Positions 52,881-64,000 of a DNA stretch of 64,000 nucleotides are shown piece after piece (the stretch's first letter is position 1; the number at the start of each line of letters is the position of its first letter). The position numbers and the translations under genes are program-made. The DNA is from Pseudomonadota bacterium (GTDB taxonomy: Bacteria > Pseudomonadota > Gammaproteobacteria > Pseudomonadales > Halomonadaceae), in the NCBI GenBank assembly GCA_051746485.1, contig JBNJFC010000001.1, positions 15,002 to 79,001 of the forward strand, in the 5' to 3' direction. Under the pieces are notes generated by a model that saw only the letters and a list, made by a program, of their open reading frames with translations, was not told where the DNA came from and searched no databases.

Positions 52881-53633
52881 ATGGCCACCCCGCGCAAAAA
52901 ACCCACCCGTGGCGCCACCTCGCAGCGCAAAAAGCCCGCTAAAAAGCCCGCGGGGTTTCGGCTACCCGGCTGGCTATGGGGGTTGGCCGGGATGGCGGCG
53001 GGGTTCTTCCTGGCGCAACATCAGCATGGCACCGCGCCTTGGCAGGAACAGCCGGACGATACGCCCCAAGCCACGGTGATCTCCAAAGAGCAGCGCGAAG
53101 CGCAGAAAGCCGCCAGGGAAACCGAGCAGGATGCCCAGCCCTCGATGCCGACGTTTGAGTTTTACACGCTGCTGCCGGAAACCGAAGTCATCGCCCCGGG
53201 TGGCACCGTGCCTTCTAGCGTCAATCGCCCAGAGGCAGCCGCCGATACGACTGACGTCATCGCGGAACCGCCAGCGGAGGAATCGCCGCCAAGCGACAGC
53301 GACCCCGCAGTGAGCGAGGATGACCCCATCGCCCGAGTGATCGCGGCCAATAGCACCGACACCAGCGCATCAACTAGCGCGCAAGCCGAGACCCCGCCAG
53401 GGCGCTATATGCTGCAGGCGGCTTCTTTTCGCGAGCTCAACGACGCCGAACAGCTGCGCAGCCGACTGCGTAATTTGAGCCTGCTGGCACAAATTAGCGA
53501 AGTGCAGGCCGGCGGCAATACCTGGCACCGAGTGCAGGTGGGCCCCTACGAAGACACCCGCGAGCTCACGCGGGCGCAGGACTTGATGGGTACGCAAGGC
53601 ATTGAGCCGCTTTTGATCCAGCTACAGAACTGA
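52881..53633 (+). CDS. SPOR-domain cell division protein (FtsN-like)
   Basis: Basic N-tail, one TM segment, FEFYTLLP and SPOR YMLQAASF...WHRVQVGPY; argS-SPOR-hslV synteny. Confidence 0.85.
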   Translation: MATPRKKPTRGATSQRKKPAKKPAGFRLPGWLWGLAGMAAGFFLAQHQHGTAPWQEQPDDTPQATVISKEQREAQKAARETEQDAQPSMPTFEFYTLLPETEVIAPGGTVPSSVNRPEAAADTTDVIAEPPAEESPPSDSDPAVSEDDPIARVIAANSTDTSASTSAQAETPPGRYMLQAASFRELNDAEQLRSRLRNLSLLAQISEVQAGGNTWHRVQVGPYEDTRELTRAQDLMGTQGIEPLLIQLQN

Positions 53634-53679
53634 AAAAAACGCCAGAACTGAAAAACGTGCCAGCGCATCCCAGCGGGCG

Positions 53680-53707
53680 GTTGATTTTTTATCGACCGCC
53701 CGCATTT
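53680..53707 (+). promoter_or_regulatory. Putative sigma32 (RpoH) promoter of hslVU
   Basis: GTTGAT-14 nt-CCGCATTT resembles CTTGAA-N13-17-CCCCATnT; hslVU is a canonical sigma32 target. Confidence 0.6.
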
Positions 53708-53789
53708 TGTTGGGACTCGCTTATTTTCAGCGGTCGCCTTGGCGGCCGGTTCGTCATCGGGAGTTCGCCTCCCACAAGGAGTTATCTCC

Positions 53790-54308
53790 ATGACTACGAT
53801 TGTTTCCGTGCGTCGCGGTGACCAAGTTGCGCTGGCGGGGGATGGCCAGGTATCGCTGGGCAACACCGTGATGAAAGGCAACGCCAGTAAGGTCCGCCGC
53901 CTCTACCGCGGCAAAGTGCTGGCCGGGTTTGCCGGCGGTACCGCCGATGCCTTCACCCTGTTTGAACGCTTTGAAGCACAGCTAGAGAAATACCAAGGCC
54001 ACCTCACCAAGGCCGCCGTGGAGCTGGCGAAAGATTGGCGCACCGACCGTGCCCTGCGCCGCTTGGAAGCCCTCTTGGCGGTGGCCGACCACAGCGCCTC
54101 GCTGATCATTACCGGTAATGGCGATGTCGTCGAGCCCGAGCGCGGCATTATCGCCATCGGCTCCGGCGGCAACTTTGCGCTCTCAAGCGCCCGGGCGCTG
54201 TTGGAAAACACCGACCTTTCGGCGCGTGAGATTACCGAGAAGTCACTAGAGATCGCTGGTGACATCTGCGTGTTCACCAACCACCACGTCACGATGGAAG
54301 AGCTATAA
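53790..54308 (+). CDS. hslV: ATP-dependent protease subunit HslV
   Basis: [10 protein letters not shown]-terminal catalytic Thr, GFAGGTADA and IGSGG. Confidence 0.98.
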   Translation: MTTIVSVRRGDQVALAGDGQVSLGNTVMKGNASKVRRLYRGKVLAGFAGGTADAFTLFERFEAQLEKYQGHLTKAAVELAKDWRTDRALRRLEALLAVADHSASLIITGNGDVVEPERGIIAIGSGGNFALSSARALLENTDLSAREITEKSLEIAGDICVFTNHHVTMEEL

Positions 54309-54311
54309 GCC

Positions 54312-55634
54312 ATGACTCAGATGACTCCCCGCGAGATCGTTCACGCGTTAGATCAGTTCATCATCGGCCAGCAAGATGCCAAGCGCGCCGTCGCCGTCGC
54401 CTTGCGTAACCGCTGGCGCCGCATGCAGCTCGACGACGAGTTGCGCTCTGAAGTGACGCCCAAAAACATCCTGATGATCGGCCCGACCGGCGTGGGTAAA
54501 ACCGAGATTGCCCGCCGCTTGGCCAAGCTTGCCCGCGCGCCCTTTATCAAGGTGGAAGCGACCAAGTTCACCGAAGTGGGCTACGTGGGCCGCGATGTCG
54601 AATCGATCATCCGCGATTTGATGGAAGCCGCGATCAAAATGGTGCGTGAGCAAGCCAAAGAGGAAGTGGGCCACCGCGCCGAAGACGCGGCGGAAGACCG
54701 CATCCTCGATGCGCTGCTGCCGCCGCCGCGCGGCCAGGAAGACCAACCCCGCGAAGATAACGGCACGCGCCAAACCTTCCGCAAGAAACTGCGCGAAGGT
54801 CAGCTCGATGATAAAGAGATCGATATCGAGCTATCTCAGCAAGGGCCGAACGTGGATATCATGACGCCGCCGGGCATGGAGGAGATGACCCAGCAGCTGT
54901 CGAGCCTGTTCTCCAACATGGGCCAACAAAAGCGCGAAACGCGCCGCGTCAAAGTCAAAGACGCCTTTGGCCTGCTGCGCGACGAGGAAGCGGGCAAGCT
55001 GGTCAACGAAGAGGATATCAAATCGCGCGCCGTGGAAGCGGTCGAGCAGCACGGCATCGTGTTCCTGGATGAGATCGATAAAGTCGCCAAAGGCAGCGGC
55101 CAATCCAGCGGTGGCGAGGTTTCCCGCGAGGGCGTGCAGCGCGACTTATTGCCGCTGATCGAAGGCTCCACCGTGTCGACCAAGCACGGCATGGTAAAGA
55201 CCGACCATATCCTGTTCATCGCCTCGGGTGCGTTTCACTTATCGCGTCCATCGGATTTGATTCCCGAATTACAGGGCCGCCTGCCGATTCGTGTTGAGCT
55301 CGACGCGCTCACTCCGGGGGATTTCAAACGCATCCTCACCGAGCCGTCGGCATCGCTGACCAAGCAATATCAAGCGTTGCTGGCCACCGAAGGGCTGGAT
55401 ATCGATTTCACTCCGGACGGCATCGAGCGTATTGCCGAGATTGCCTGGCAGGTCAACGAAGGCACCGAAAATATCGGTGCGCGCCGCCTGCATACGGTGA
55501 TGGAACGGCTCTTGGAAGAAGCCTCTTTCCGCGGTGGCGATATGGAAAGCCCGCTTTCGATTGACGCCGATTACGTTAACGCACAGCTTGGCGAACTTGC
55601 CGTTGACGAAGATCTCTCGCGCTATATCTTGTAA
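54312..55634 (+). CDS. hslU: ATP-dependent protease ATPase HslU
   Basis: [27 protein letters not shown] and DLSRYIL terminus. Confidence 0.98.
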   Translation: MTQMTPREIVHALDQFIIGQQDAKRAVAVALRNRWRRMQLDDELRSEVTPKNILMIGPTGVGKTEIARRLAKLARAPFIKVEATKFTEVGYVGRDVESIIRDLMEAAIKMVREQAKEEVGHRAEDAAEDRILDALLPPPRGQEDQPREDNGTRQTFRKKLREGQLDDKEIDIELSQQGPNVDIMTPPGMEEMTQQLSSLFSNMGQQKRETRRVKVKDAFGLLRDEEAGKLVNEEDIKSRAVEAVEQHGIVFLDEIDKVAKGSGQSSGGEVSREGVQRDLLPLIEGSTVSTKHGMVKTDHILFIASGAFHLSRPSDLIPELQGRLPIRVELDALTPGDFKRILTEPSASLTKQYQALLATEGLDIDFTPDGIERIAEIAWQVNEGTENIGARRLHTVMERLLEEASFRGGDMESPLSIDADYVNAQLGELAVDEDLSRYIL

Positions 55635-55663
55635 CGTGTAAGTCGTTGTGTCATTCGCGCCCA

Positions 55664-55692
55664 CGAACTGCCCGGCTCCGCTGGGCAGTTTG
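55664..55692 (+). terminator. Terminator after hslU
   Basis: CGAACTGCCCGGC-TCC-GCTGGGCAGTTTG. Confidence 0.65.
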
Positions 55693-55752
55693 CGCTAGTT
55701 CTTATCTGTGTTAGTACTTACCTATGCTAGCTCCCAGCCATGAGGCACCGTC

Positions 55753-56136
55753 ATGAGCGCTAATACGCCCACCCGCGTTCACTACCATAAGAAAGCCCGC
55801 GAACTTGAACTCGGCTATGCCAACGGCGAAAGCTATCGGCTACCGATTGAGCTTTTGCGCGTGTTCTCGCCTTCTGCGGAAGTGCGCGGTCACGGCGGCG
55901 ACACAGCCGTCTTGCAAGTCGGCAAAAAACACGTCGGCCTGCAAAACATTACCCCGGCGGGCAACTACGCCCTCAAGCTGCATTTTGACGACGGCCACGA
56001 CAGCGGCCTGTTTAGTTGGAACTACCTCTATGAGCTCGCCACTCACCAAGACGATTACTGGCGCGACTATTTGCAACGGCTGGAAGATGCTGGCGCTTCC
56101 CGCGAGCCGCTAGGCATCGAGGTCAAGCCGGTCTAG
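55753..56136 (+). CDS. DUF971 (GBBH-like N-terminal) protein
   Basis: [15 protein letters not shown] and [20 protein letters not shown]. Confidence 0.9.
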   Translation: MSANTPTRVHYHKKARELELGYANGESYRLPIELLRVFSPSAEVRGHGGDTAVLQVGKKHVGLQNITPAGNYALKLHFDDGHDSGLFSWNYLYELATHQDDYWRDYLQRLEDAGASREPLGIEVKPV

Positions 56137-56242
56137 GCGAATCGCCGCAGCAGCGCAGACAAATCGGGGCAGACAAGGCTACAATAGTGCCCAACTATTT
56201 CACCCACGGTTTAACCGTCTCGACTTCGGGAGCTACCGCCCC

Positions 56243-56998
56243 ATGAGCCCCACGGAAAAGCGCACGACCCACTTCGGTTACGAAGAAGTGTCGGTCGATG
56301 AAAAAGCCTCGCGCGTCGCCGATGTTTTCCACTCCGTTGCCGCCCGTTATGACGTCATGAATGACCTGATGTCGATGGGCATTCATCGCCTGTGGAAGCG
56401 TCTAACGATTGAGCGCTCGGGCGTTCGCCCCGGTCATCAGGTGTTGGATATCGCTGGCGGTACGGGCGATTTAACGCTTAAGTTTTCGCGTATGGTGGGA
56501 CCACACGGCAAGGTCGTACTCGCCGACATCAATGCCTCGATGCTGCACGTGGGGCGCGACAAGCTGATGGATAACGGCGTGGGCGGCAATGTCGAATACG
56601 TACAGGCCAATGCTGAGTGCTTGCCGTTTCCCGATAACAGCTTTGACTGCATCACCATTGCCTTTGGCCTGCGCAACGTCACCGATAAAGACGCCGCTCT
56701 GCGCTCCATGGCCCGCGTGCTAAAACCCGGCGGGCGTCTTCTCGTGCTGGAGTTTTCCAAGCCCGACAACCCGCTGCTCACCAAGGCGTACGATGAGTAT
56801 TCGTTCCGTTTGCTGCCCAAAATAGGTCAGTTTGTTGCCGGCGATGAAGAAAGTTACCGCTACCTGGCCGAATCCATTCGCATGCACCCGGATCAAGAAA
56901 CCCTCAAAGGCATGATGGAAACAGCGGGCCTTGACCGCGTGGAGTACACCAATCTGACCGGTGGCATTGTTGCGCTGCACCGCGGCATCAAGCTATGA
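56243..56998 (+). CDS. ubiE: Ubiquinone/menaquinone C-methyltransferase
   Basis: [33 protein letters not shown] and [10 protein letters not shown]. Confidence 0.97.
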   Translation: MSPTEKRTTHFGYEEVSVDEKASRVADVFHSVAARYDVMNDLMSMGIHRLWKRLTIERSGVRPGHQVLDIAGGTGDLTLKFSRMVGPHGKVVLADINASMLHVGRDKLMDNGVGGNVEYVQANAECLPFPDNSFDCITIAFGLRNVTDKDAALRSMARVLKPGGRLLVLEFSKPDNPLLTKAYDEYSFRLLPKIGQFVAGDEESYRYLAESIRMHPDQETLKGMMETAGLDRVEYTNLTGGIVALHRGIKL

Positions 56999-57110
56999 AG
57001 CCATCGACAACGCCTGCATCGATGAAGTTATTGCTGATGAAGTCAGTATCAATAAGGTTAGCCAAGAAGGATTCAGCCGCGATATGCGCAGCGACGACGA
57101 GGTCAGCATG
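56986..57110. repeat. Highly degenerate 15-bp periodic spacer between ubiE and ubiJ
   Basis: GAAGCCATCGACAAC/GCCTGCATCGATGAA/GTTATTGCTGATGAA/GTCAGTATCAATAAG/GTTAGCCAAGAAGGA/TTCAGCCGCGATATG/CGCAGCGACGACGAG. Confidence 0.55.
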
Positions 57111-57791
57111 CTGGTAACGCCCGCCCTGCTATTGGCTGGCTGCGAGCGCACGCTAAACGCGCTGCTAGCCCGTGATCCTGCCGCCCCGGCACGCCTTGAA
57201 GCCCTCGCCGGCAGTCGGCTGCTGATTCGCTTAGAGCAGCCGCACCTTCAGCTTTTACTGCATTTTCACCGCGGCGGCATCGATTTGCTTCGTGCCGAAG
57301 CGCTTGACGAAGCCGACGCTGATGCCGTGGTTGAGCTCACGCCCGAGACGCTATCCGAGTGGATCAGCGGCACTTCCGTTGAACGGCTGATGTTTGAGGG
57401 CAAGCTCTCGGTACGTGGCCGCACACACCTACTGGAGTCCACTCGCGAGCTTCTCACCGACCTGGATATCGACTGGGAAAGCGAGCTCGCCCGCTGGCTA
57501 GGCGCGACGCCCGCCCACTCGCTGGCCGAGGGCCTGCGCCGCGCGGCGCGCTGGGGCCTGCGCGCCAAAGACGAGCTGATGGCGGATGTCTCTGAATACG
57601 TATTTGAAGAGGCGCGATTGCTACCCGGGCGACAGCAACGCGACGTGCTGCGCGATCACCTCACCGAGCTTGAGGTTGCCACCGATCGCTTAGAAGCACG
57701 CTTAAAGCGCTTACACCGACGCATCTCCCAGCCAAATAGCGAGGCCCAAGAAAAAAGCGTGACGGAAAGTTCGGGAGAGGAGCCGACATGA
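57108..57791 (+). CDS. ubiJ: Ubiquinone biosynthesis accessory factor UbiJ (SCP2 domain)
   Basis: [23 protein letters not shown] and [11 protein letters not shown]; lies between ubiE and ubiB. ATG 57108 with SD GAGG. Confidence 0.88.
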   Translation: MLVTPALLLAGCERTLNALLARDPAAPARLEALAGSRLLIRLEQPHLQLLLHFHRGGIDLLRAEALDEADADAVVELTPETLSEWISGTSVERLMFEGKLSVRGRTHLLESTRELLTDLDIDWESELARWLGATPAHSLAEGLRRAARWGLRAKDELMADVSEYVFEEARLLPGRQQRDVLRDHLTELEVATDRLEARLKRLHRRISQPNSEAQEKSVTESSGEEPT

Positions 57792-59410
57792 GCCTACGCT
57801 TAGTGCGCATTGGCTGGATCATTGCTCGCCATCGTTTGGATACGTTAATTCCACTGGAGCGTCTGCCCTGGTGGATGCGCACGTTGCTATGGTTCTCGCC
57901 GCTCAAACTTTTCCCACGGGACGAACGCTCCCGCGGCGAGCGCTTGCGCTTAGCGCTAGAAGGCTTAGGGCCGATTTTCGTCAAGCTCGGCCAGATGCTC
58001 TCAACGCGCCGCGATTTGCTCCCCGAAGATATCGCCGACGAACTCAAACGCTTACAAGATCAAGTCCCGCCTTTCCCCGGCGATGCGGCCGTGGCACGAG
58101 TAGAAAAGCAGCTCGATATGTCGCTTAACGATGCGTTTGCCCGTTTTGATCGTGTTCCATTGGCCTCGGCGTCGATTGCCCAAGTTCACGCTGCCACGCT
58201 TCACAGCGGCGAAGAAGTGGTGGTCAAAATCATTCGCCCGGGCATTATGCGCATCATGCGCCAAGACATCGCACTGCTCTACCAGATTGCCAAGCTGCTA
58301 TCTAAAGTGCCCGAAGCGCGACGCTTGCGCCCGGTGGAAGTGATCCGCGACTATCAATCGACCCTTTTTGACGAACTCGACCTCTACAAAGAAGCGGCCA
58401 ACACCTCGCAACTTAAGCGCAATTTCAAAGACTCGCCGCTGCTGTTCGTGCCCACCATTTACTGGCCTTACACGCGGCGTCACGTCATGGTGCAAGAACG
58501 CATTCGCGGCGTGCCGGTGGCCGATATGGCCACCTTGACTGCCTGCAACACCAACTTGAAAAAACTCGCCGAAAGCGGCGTGGAGTTATTTTTCACCCAG
58601 GTCTTTCGCGATAACTTCTTTCACGCCGACATGCACCCCGGCAATATTTTCGTTAACTGCGACGACCCGGAAAACCCCCAGTACATCGCCATCGACTGCG
58701 GCATTGTCGGCAGCCTCACCCGCGAAGACCAAGACTACTTGGCGCGTAACCTGCTGGCGTTTTTCCACCAGGATTACTACGAAGTCGCGGCGCTGCACAT
58801 CGAGTCGGGCTGGGTGGGCGAAGACACCCGCGCCAACGAATTCGCTGCAGCGATTCGCACTGTGTGCGAACCGATTTTAGAAAAACCGTTAAAAGACATC
58901 TCGTTTGGCCAAGTGCTGCTCGGCTTATTTCAAACGGCACGACGCTTTAATATGGAAGTGCAACCGCAGCTGGTACTGTTGCAAAAAACGCTACTCAACA
59001 TCGAAGGCCTGGGTCGACAGCTTTATCCCGATTTAGACCTATGGAGCACCGCTAAGCCGTTTTTAGAGCGCTGGATGAAAGAGCGCGCGGGTGCACGCGG
59101 TCTATGGGACTCTCTTAAGCGCCAGGCGCCCGAGCTTTCCCATCAACTACCGGAGCTACCGGTGTTAGCTCACAAAGCGTTAAGCCGTATGGAGTATGAG
59201 CAGCGTCAACGCCACCAGCAATCCAGCGCGATCACTTCGATTCGCCACCACCTAACGCGCCAAGGCAAGCGTTCTTACCGTCTGCGTTTAGGGTTGATTC
59301 TGCTCGCCATCGCGCTGGCGTGGCAGCCGCTCAGCCAGTGGGCGGCCACGCAGGAGTGGCCAGTGCTCGCCGCGGCGGTGATCGGGTTACTGCTACTGGC
59401 GTGGCATTAG
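57788..59410 (+). CDS. ubiB: UbiB protein kinase-like ubiquinone biosynthesis protein
   Basis: [39 protein letters not shown] and IDCGIVG. Confidence 0.97.
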   Translation: MSLRLVRIGWIIARHRLDTLIPLERLPWWMRTLLWFSPLKLFPRDERSRGERLRLALEGLGPIFVKLGQMLSTRRDLLPEDIADELKRLQDQVPPFPGDAAVARVEKQLDMSLNDAFARFDRVPLASASIAQVHAATLHSGEEVVVKIIRPGIMRIMRQDIALLYQIAKLLSKVPEARRLRPVEVIRDYQSTLFDELDLYKEAANTSQLKRNFKDSPLLFVPTIYWPYTRRHVMVQERIRGVPVADMATLTACNTNLKKLAESGVELFFTQVFRDNFFHADMHPGNIFVNCDDPENPQYIAIDCGIVGSLTREDQDYLARNLLAFFHQDYYEVAALHIESGWVGEDTRANEFAAAIRTVCEPILEKPLKDISFGQVLLGLFQTARRFNMEVQPQLVLLQKTLLNIEGLGRQLYPDLDLWSTAKPFLERWMKERAGARGLWDSLKRQAPELSHQLPELPVLAHKALSRMEYEQRQRHQQSSAITSIRHHLTRQGKRSYRLRLGLILLAIALAWQPLSQWAATQEWPVLAAAVIGLLLLAWH

Positions 59411-59477
59411 CACGCACGCGTATATTGACGAAGCACCATTGGCCAAGAGCTCTTAGCAAAGAACACGGACTGACAAG

Positions 59478-59843
59478 ATGACAAACACGCCACCACCCAA
59501 TACATCGCCTGCCACGGACACCGTGCTAGAGACGCTCGCCGACATTCTCAAGCAGCGTCGTCATGCCGCACCGGAAGACTCTTACGTAGCGTCCTTGCAT
59601 CATAAGGGTTTGAACAAGATACTCGAAAAAGTTGGTGAAGAAGCGACCGAAACAGTGCTCGCCGCCAAAGACGCCGACGGTGGCGATGAGACGAAACACC
59701 AAGCGCTTATCGCTGAAACCGCCGATCTATGGTTTCATACGCTTGTGATGCTCTCCCACTTAGGGATGGATCACCAAGATGTACTGGATGAACTGGCGCG
59801 CCGCTTTGGGGTATCGGGCCACGATGAAAAAGCTGCTCGGTAA
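59478..59843 (+). CDS. hisE: Phosphoribosyl-ATP pyrophosphatase
   Basis: [29 protein letters not shown] and [10 protein letters not shown]. Confidence 0.95.
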   Translation: MTNTPPPNTSPATDTVLETLADILKQRRHAAPEDSYVASLHHKGLNKILEKVGEEATETVLAAKDADGGDETKHQALIAETADLWFHTLVMLSHLGMDHQDVLDELARRFGVSGHDEKAAR

Positions 59844-59916
59844 AAAAAGCTCGCTTAAAAAGCACTTTTAAATAGCGCAAGATTCCCTTGTCGCATACAA
59901 AAACGAGGACACGCAT

Positions 59917-60189
59917 ATGTTAGGTGGTATCAGTATTTGGCAGCTGCTGATTGTTCTGGGGATCATCATCCTGATTTTCGGCACCAAAAAATTGCGCAAT
60001 GTGGGCACTGACTTGGGCGGTGCGGTGAAAGGCTTTAAGAAAGCCATACACGACGAAGAAAAAGAGGGCGAAAACAAAGACGCGGACGCCGACAAGCCGC
60101 AGGCAAAAGTCAGCCACGAAGAACCCGGCAACACCTACGACGTTCAGGCAGAAGAAAAAAAGGCTGAACAAAGCGACGAGCGCAAATAA
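59917..60189 (+). CDS. tatA: Twin-arginine translocase TatA
   Basis: [10 protein letters not shown]...[23 protein letters not shown]. Confidence 0.97.
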   Translation: MLGGISIWQLLIVLGIIILIFGTKKLRNVGTDLGGAVKGFKKAIHDEEKEGENKDADADKPQAKVSHEEPGNTYDVQAEEKKAEQSDERK

Positions 60190-60192
60190 ACC

Positions 60193-60642
60193 ATGCTGGA
60201 TATCGGCTTTCTCGAACTGTTGATCATTGCAGTGGTTGGACTTTTAGTACTCGGCCCCGAGCGTTTGCCGCGTGCGGCACGCACGGCAGGGCTATGGGTT
60301 GGCAAGATCAAACGCACGGTATCGGGCATGCAGCGTGAAATCAGCTCTCAGCTTGAGGCCGAAGAGCTAAGGCAAAAGCTGAACGATCAGCAGAAATCGA
60401 TCGATGACAGCCTCAAAAAGGCCAAACAAGACGTTGAAAGCCTAGCCGAGGCGCCGCCGGCCTCTCAAAAAGAGGAGAAGAACCTAGCGGACGCCACGGC
60501 ACGGTTAGATGATGCGCTGAATACCGTGCGTGAAGACGCCCCCTCCGAGACGCCAAAAGCCTCCTCGTCAGATCAGCAGGACGGGGGGCAACAGGACTCT
60601 TCCCAAAAAGCTCAATCTCAAAAGGACGAAGAACAGCGATGA
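60193..60642 (+). CDS. tatB: Twin-arginine translocase TatB
   Basis: MLDIGFLELL...VLGPERLP. Confidence 0.96.
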   Translation: MLDIGFLELLIIAVVGLLVLGPERLPRAARTAGLWVGKIKRTVSGMQREISSQLEAEELRQKLNDQQKSIDDSLKKAKQDVESLAEAPPASQKEEKNLADATARLDDALNTVREDAPSETPKASSSDQQDGGQQDSSQKAQSQKDEEQR

Positions 60643-61421
60643 GCAGTGGCGACTCTCAGGAGCAGAACGCTCAAAAACAGGCCCCTTTGATTGAGCACTT
60701 GGTCGAACTGCGATCACGCCTTATGCGTGCGGTCGTGGTGGTGCTGGTTATTTTTCTCGCCTTGTACTCGTTTGCCAATGACATCTACACCTTTGTGGCG
60801 CAGCCGCTAATGGCACTGCTGCCGGAAGGCTCGCAGATGATCGCCACTGAAGTGGCTTCGCCCTTTTTAGCCCCCTTTAAGCTGACACTCGTCGTGGCCG
60901 TGTTTATTGCGGTGCCGTTCATCCTTCACCAAGCGTGGGCGTTTGTGGCCCCAGGGCTTTACGATAACGAAAAAGCCTTAGCGATTCCGATTCTTGCCTC
61001 AAGCGTGGGGCTTTTTTATGCCGGCGCTGCGTTTGCCTACTACGCGGTCTTTCCTCTGCTGTTTGCGTTTTTCACCCAAACCGGGCCGCAAGACATCACG
61101 ATAATGACCGATATCAATCAGTACCTGAACTTCGTACTGAAACTCTTTTTTGCCTTTGGCGTCGCCTTTGAAATTCCCATTGCCACGTTCTTGCTCGTGC
61201 TTTCCGGCGCCGCCACCGTCGAGAGCCTTGCCAAAAAGCGGCCTTACATTATTTTGGGCTGCTTTGTGATCGGCATGTTGCTGACCCCTCCCGATGTGGT
61301 ATCGCAAAGCCTGCTCGCCGTACCGATGTACCTGCTTTACGAAGTTGGCCTGTTGTTTGGCCGCTTAGTTCGGCGTAAGCGCCGCGAAGACGCTGAAAAA
61401 AGTACTGACATCGAAGACTAA
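60639..61421 (+). CDS. tatC: Twin-arginine translocase TatC
   Basis: PLIEHLVELRSRL, WAFVAPGLY, FGVAFEIP and LTPPDVVSQ. Confidence 0.97.
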   Translation: MSSGDSQEQNAQKQAPLIEHLVELRSRLMRAVVVVLVIFLALYSFANDIYTFVAQPLMALLPEGSQMIATEVASPFLAPFKLTLVVAVFIAVPFILHQAWAFVAPGLYDNEKALAIPILASSVGLFYAGAAFAYYAVFPLLFAFFTQTGPQDITIMTDINQYLNFVLKLFFAFGVAFEIPIATFLLVLSGAATVESLAKKRPYIILGCFVIGMLLTPPDVVSQSLLAVPMYLLYEVGLLFGRLVRRKRREDAEKSTDIED

Positions 61422-61441
61422 AAACAGTCGTACAGCGCGCT

Positions 61442-61473
61442 AAAAAAACCTCCGCCATGCATGGCGGAGGTTT
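61442..61473. terminator. Bidirectional terminator between tatC and elbB
   Basis: Perfect palindrome AAACCTCCGCCAT-GC-ATGGCGGAGGTTT with an A-tract on the left. Confidence 0.8.
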
Positions 61474-61501
61474 GCGTTATGGACGTCTCAAACGTGACCG
61501 C

Positions 61502-62161
61502 TTACCCCATCATTTCATCAATACGATCGACCAACTTAAAAATACCGGTCGCCGCTTCACTGATGCGTGTAGCGAGCATATAGGCGGGCGTGGAAACAAC
61601 ACGGTTTTCAAAATCCACCACAATATCATCCACCCCGCAGCTGCGATGTAGGCCGCCCATGGCGCTAATGGCACCGGATACGCCGGGATCATGGCCCACT
61701 GTCACGGCAATGCCTTCACCTAGCAGGCGAGGCGCCATCACTGGAGAGATACATATCAAGCCGATGGGTTTGGCATCCTCACGAAACCCCGTCATTGCTT
61801 CTTTCAGCGACTCGATGACGTTCATGTCATCACCGGCAATCGCAAAGTCTGAGAGGTTTTTCGCCACGCCAAAACCGCCGGGAACGATAACCGCATCGAA
61901 TTCATCGGCCTCTAACTCGCTAAGCGGACTGATGTCTCCGCGTGCCAACCGTGCGGCTTCTTCCAACACGTTACGGATTTGTCCCTCGGCCACCTCATGG
62001 GTCGCGTGATTAATCACGTGGTGCTGCTCTATATCCGGCGCGAAGCAGCGATAGCCAATGCCCAACTGATCTAAGCGCAGGAGTGTAAGCGTGGTTTCAT
62101 AAATTTCCGAGCCATCAAAGACGCCGCAGCCGGCCAGAATCACCGCCACCTGTTTGGTCAT
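61502..62161 (-). CDS. elbB: ElbB/ES1-family glyoxalase (DJ-1/PfpI superfamily)
   Basis: GCGVFDGSEIYE, ARLARG, PGGFGVAKNLS, CISP and STPAYM. Confidence 0.93.
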   Translation of the reverse strand: MTKQVAVILAGCGVFDGSEIYETTLTLLRLDQLGIGYRCFAPDIEQHHVINHATHEVAEGQIRNVLEEAARLARGDISPLSELEADEFDAVIVPGGFGVAKNLSDFAIAGDDMNVIESLKEAMTGFREDAKPIGLICISPVMAPRLLGEGIAVTVGHDPGVSGAISAMGGLHRSCGVDDIVVDFENRVVSTPAYMLATRISEAATGIFKLVDRIDEMMG

Positions 62162-62179
62162 GCTATTCCCCTTTTTATC

Positions 62180-62270
62180 AGCACTATTTCAAAGTAATAT
62201 CTCAAAGTACGGTTTCAGCGTACGATTTCTCAGTACGGTTTCTTAGTAGGCATTCTCAATACGGCTTGCC
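62180..62270. repeat. Degenerate 13-bp tandem repeat, 7 copies, upstream of elbB
   Basis: AGCACTATTTCAA/AGTAATATCTCAA/AGTACGGTTTCAG/CGTACGATTTCTC/AGTACGGTTTCTT/AGTAGGCATTCTC/AATACGGCTTGCC. Confidence 0.85.
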
Positions 62271-62326
62271 TGTTGCGCTTCACTTTATGCAGTTTGCCGA
62301 CTCTCCACAACATAGCTTTCGACGCA

Positions 62327-62392
62327 CATCTTCCCCCTCACCATATTCTCCCTCACGCCCCCAACATGTTCTCCTCAGCATGTTCTCCTAAA
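62327..62392. repeat. Degenerate 14-15 bp repeat, 4 copies, in the elbB-hemB intergenic region
   Basis: CATCTTCCCCCTCAC/CATATTCTCCCTCAC/.../CATGTTCTCCTCAG/CATGTTCTCCTAAA. Confidence 0.8.
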
Positions 62393-62397
62393 CATAG

Positions 62398-63471
<1,074 letters not shown>

Positions 63472-63474
<3 letters not shown>

Positions 63475-63510
63475 AGATGACAGCGGGATGACACCTCTCT
63501 GTCATCTTTA
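63472..63510 (+). terminator. Hairpin after hemB
   Basis: TAAAGATGACAG...CTGTCATCTTTA, a 12-bp inverted repeat. Confidence 0.55.
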
Positions 63511-63564
63511 TCCGCCATACTGAAAGCATTGCCTTATGTATTTGTCTTTCGAGAAGGAACGGTA

Positions 63565-64000
63565 ATGGACTCTCAAGCCTCAGACGCAACCCCAAAACAC
63601 GGGGCCGACCCCGTCGCGACCGAAGGCGAAGCGCCGACGCTACGCGTTAACCGCACGCCAACAGGCGTACAAGCACGGGATAACCAAGCCGAAACCGATC
63701 TCGACGACACACAGCTTTACTTCAACCGCGAGCTTTCCCACTTGCAGTTCAACATTCGCGTGTTGGAGCAGGCGCTAGACGAGGCGCACCCGCTGCTCAA
63801 TCGGCTGATGTTTTTACTGATTTTCTCGTCCAACATGGACGAGTTTTTTGAGATCCGAGTTGCGGGTCTCAAGCACCAGATCGCGCTGGGTGATGACACC
63901 ACCGGCGCGGATGGCCGTCTTCCCAAGGCCGTGCTGAGTGAAATTTCCCAGATTTCTCACGAGCAAATCAACCGCCAGTACCAGATTCTCAACGACACCC
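63565..64000 (+). CDS. ppk1: Polyphosphate kinase 1 (5' part; runs off the window)
   Basis: Manual translation from ATG 63565 gives ...YFNRELSHLQFNIRVLEQA...PLLNRLMFLLIFSSNMDEFFEIRVAGLK; hemB-ppk synteny. Confidence 0.95.
   Translation, partial: MDSQASDATPKHGADPVATEGEAPTLRVNRTPTGVQARDNQAETDLDDTQLYFNRELSHLQFNIRVLEQALDEAHPLLNRLMFLLIFSSNMDEFFEIRVAGLKHQIALGDDTTGADGRLPKAVLSEISQISHEQINRQYQILNDT

Overview
Core-chromosome window of a moderately GC-rich halophilic gammaproteobacterium, probably Halomonadaceae (inferred from Pseudomonas-like gene order and very acidic proteins). Bases 1-11.9 kb hold an acetate cluster: a DUF294 cNMP/CBS/nucleotidyltransferase gene (cut by the window edge), DUF4212-actP, an unknown membrane-anchored protein, crbS/mxtR, crbR/erdR and acs. 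The rest is housekeeping: sprT, yecA-like, cls-like PLD, rsmJ, tsaB, adk, aceEF, ampD, nadC, trmO, purC-bamC-dapA, bcp, perM, tusA, bepA, nadA, two tRNA-Lys, rluB-scpBA-radD-purL, mltF, a diguanylate cyclase, tadA, tesB, malic enzyme, rpmE, priA-argS-SPOR-hslVU, ubiEJB-hisE-tatABC, elbB, hemB and ppk1 (cut by the edge). I found no mobile element, prophage, CRISPR array or defence island. The most interesting signals are: (1) the DUF294 nucleotidyltransferase and orphan protein in the acetate cluster; (2) a long paired 5' leader before DUF4212-actP; (3) a shared TAC-N4-GTC site before actP, acs and adk; (4) at least ten degenerate 12-16 bp tandem repeats sitting at gene ends, in-frame inside CDS termini and of any period between genes; (5) HexR/RccR-type boxes at aceE and structured leaders at nadA and hslV. 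All calls come from reading the sequence by eye; no database searches or folding programs were run.
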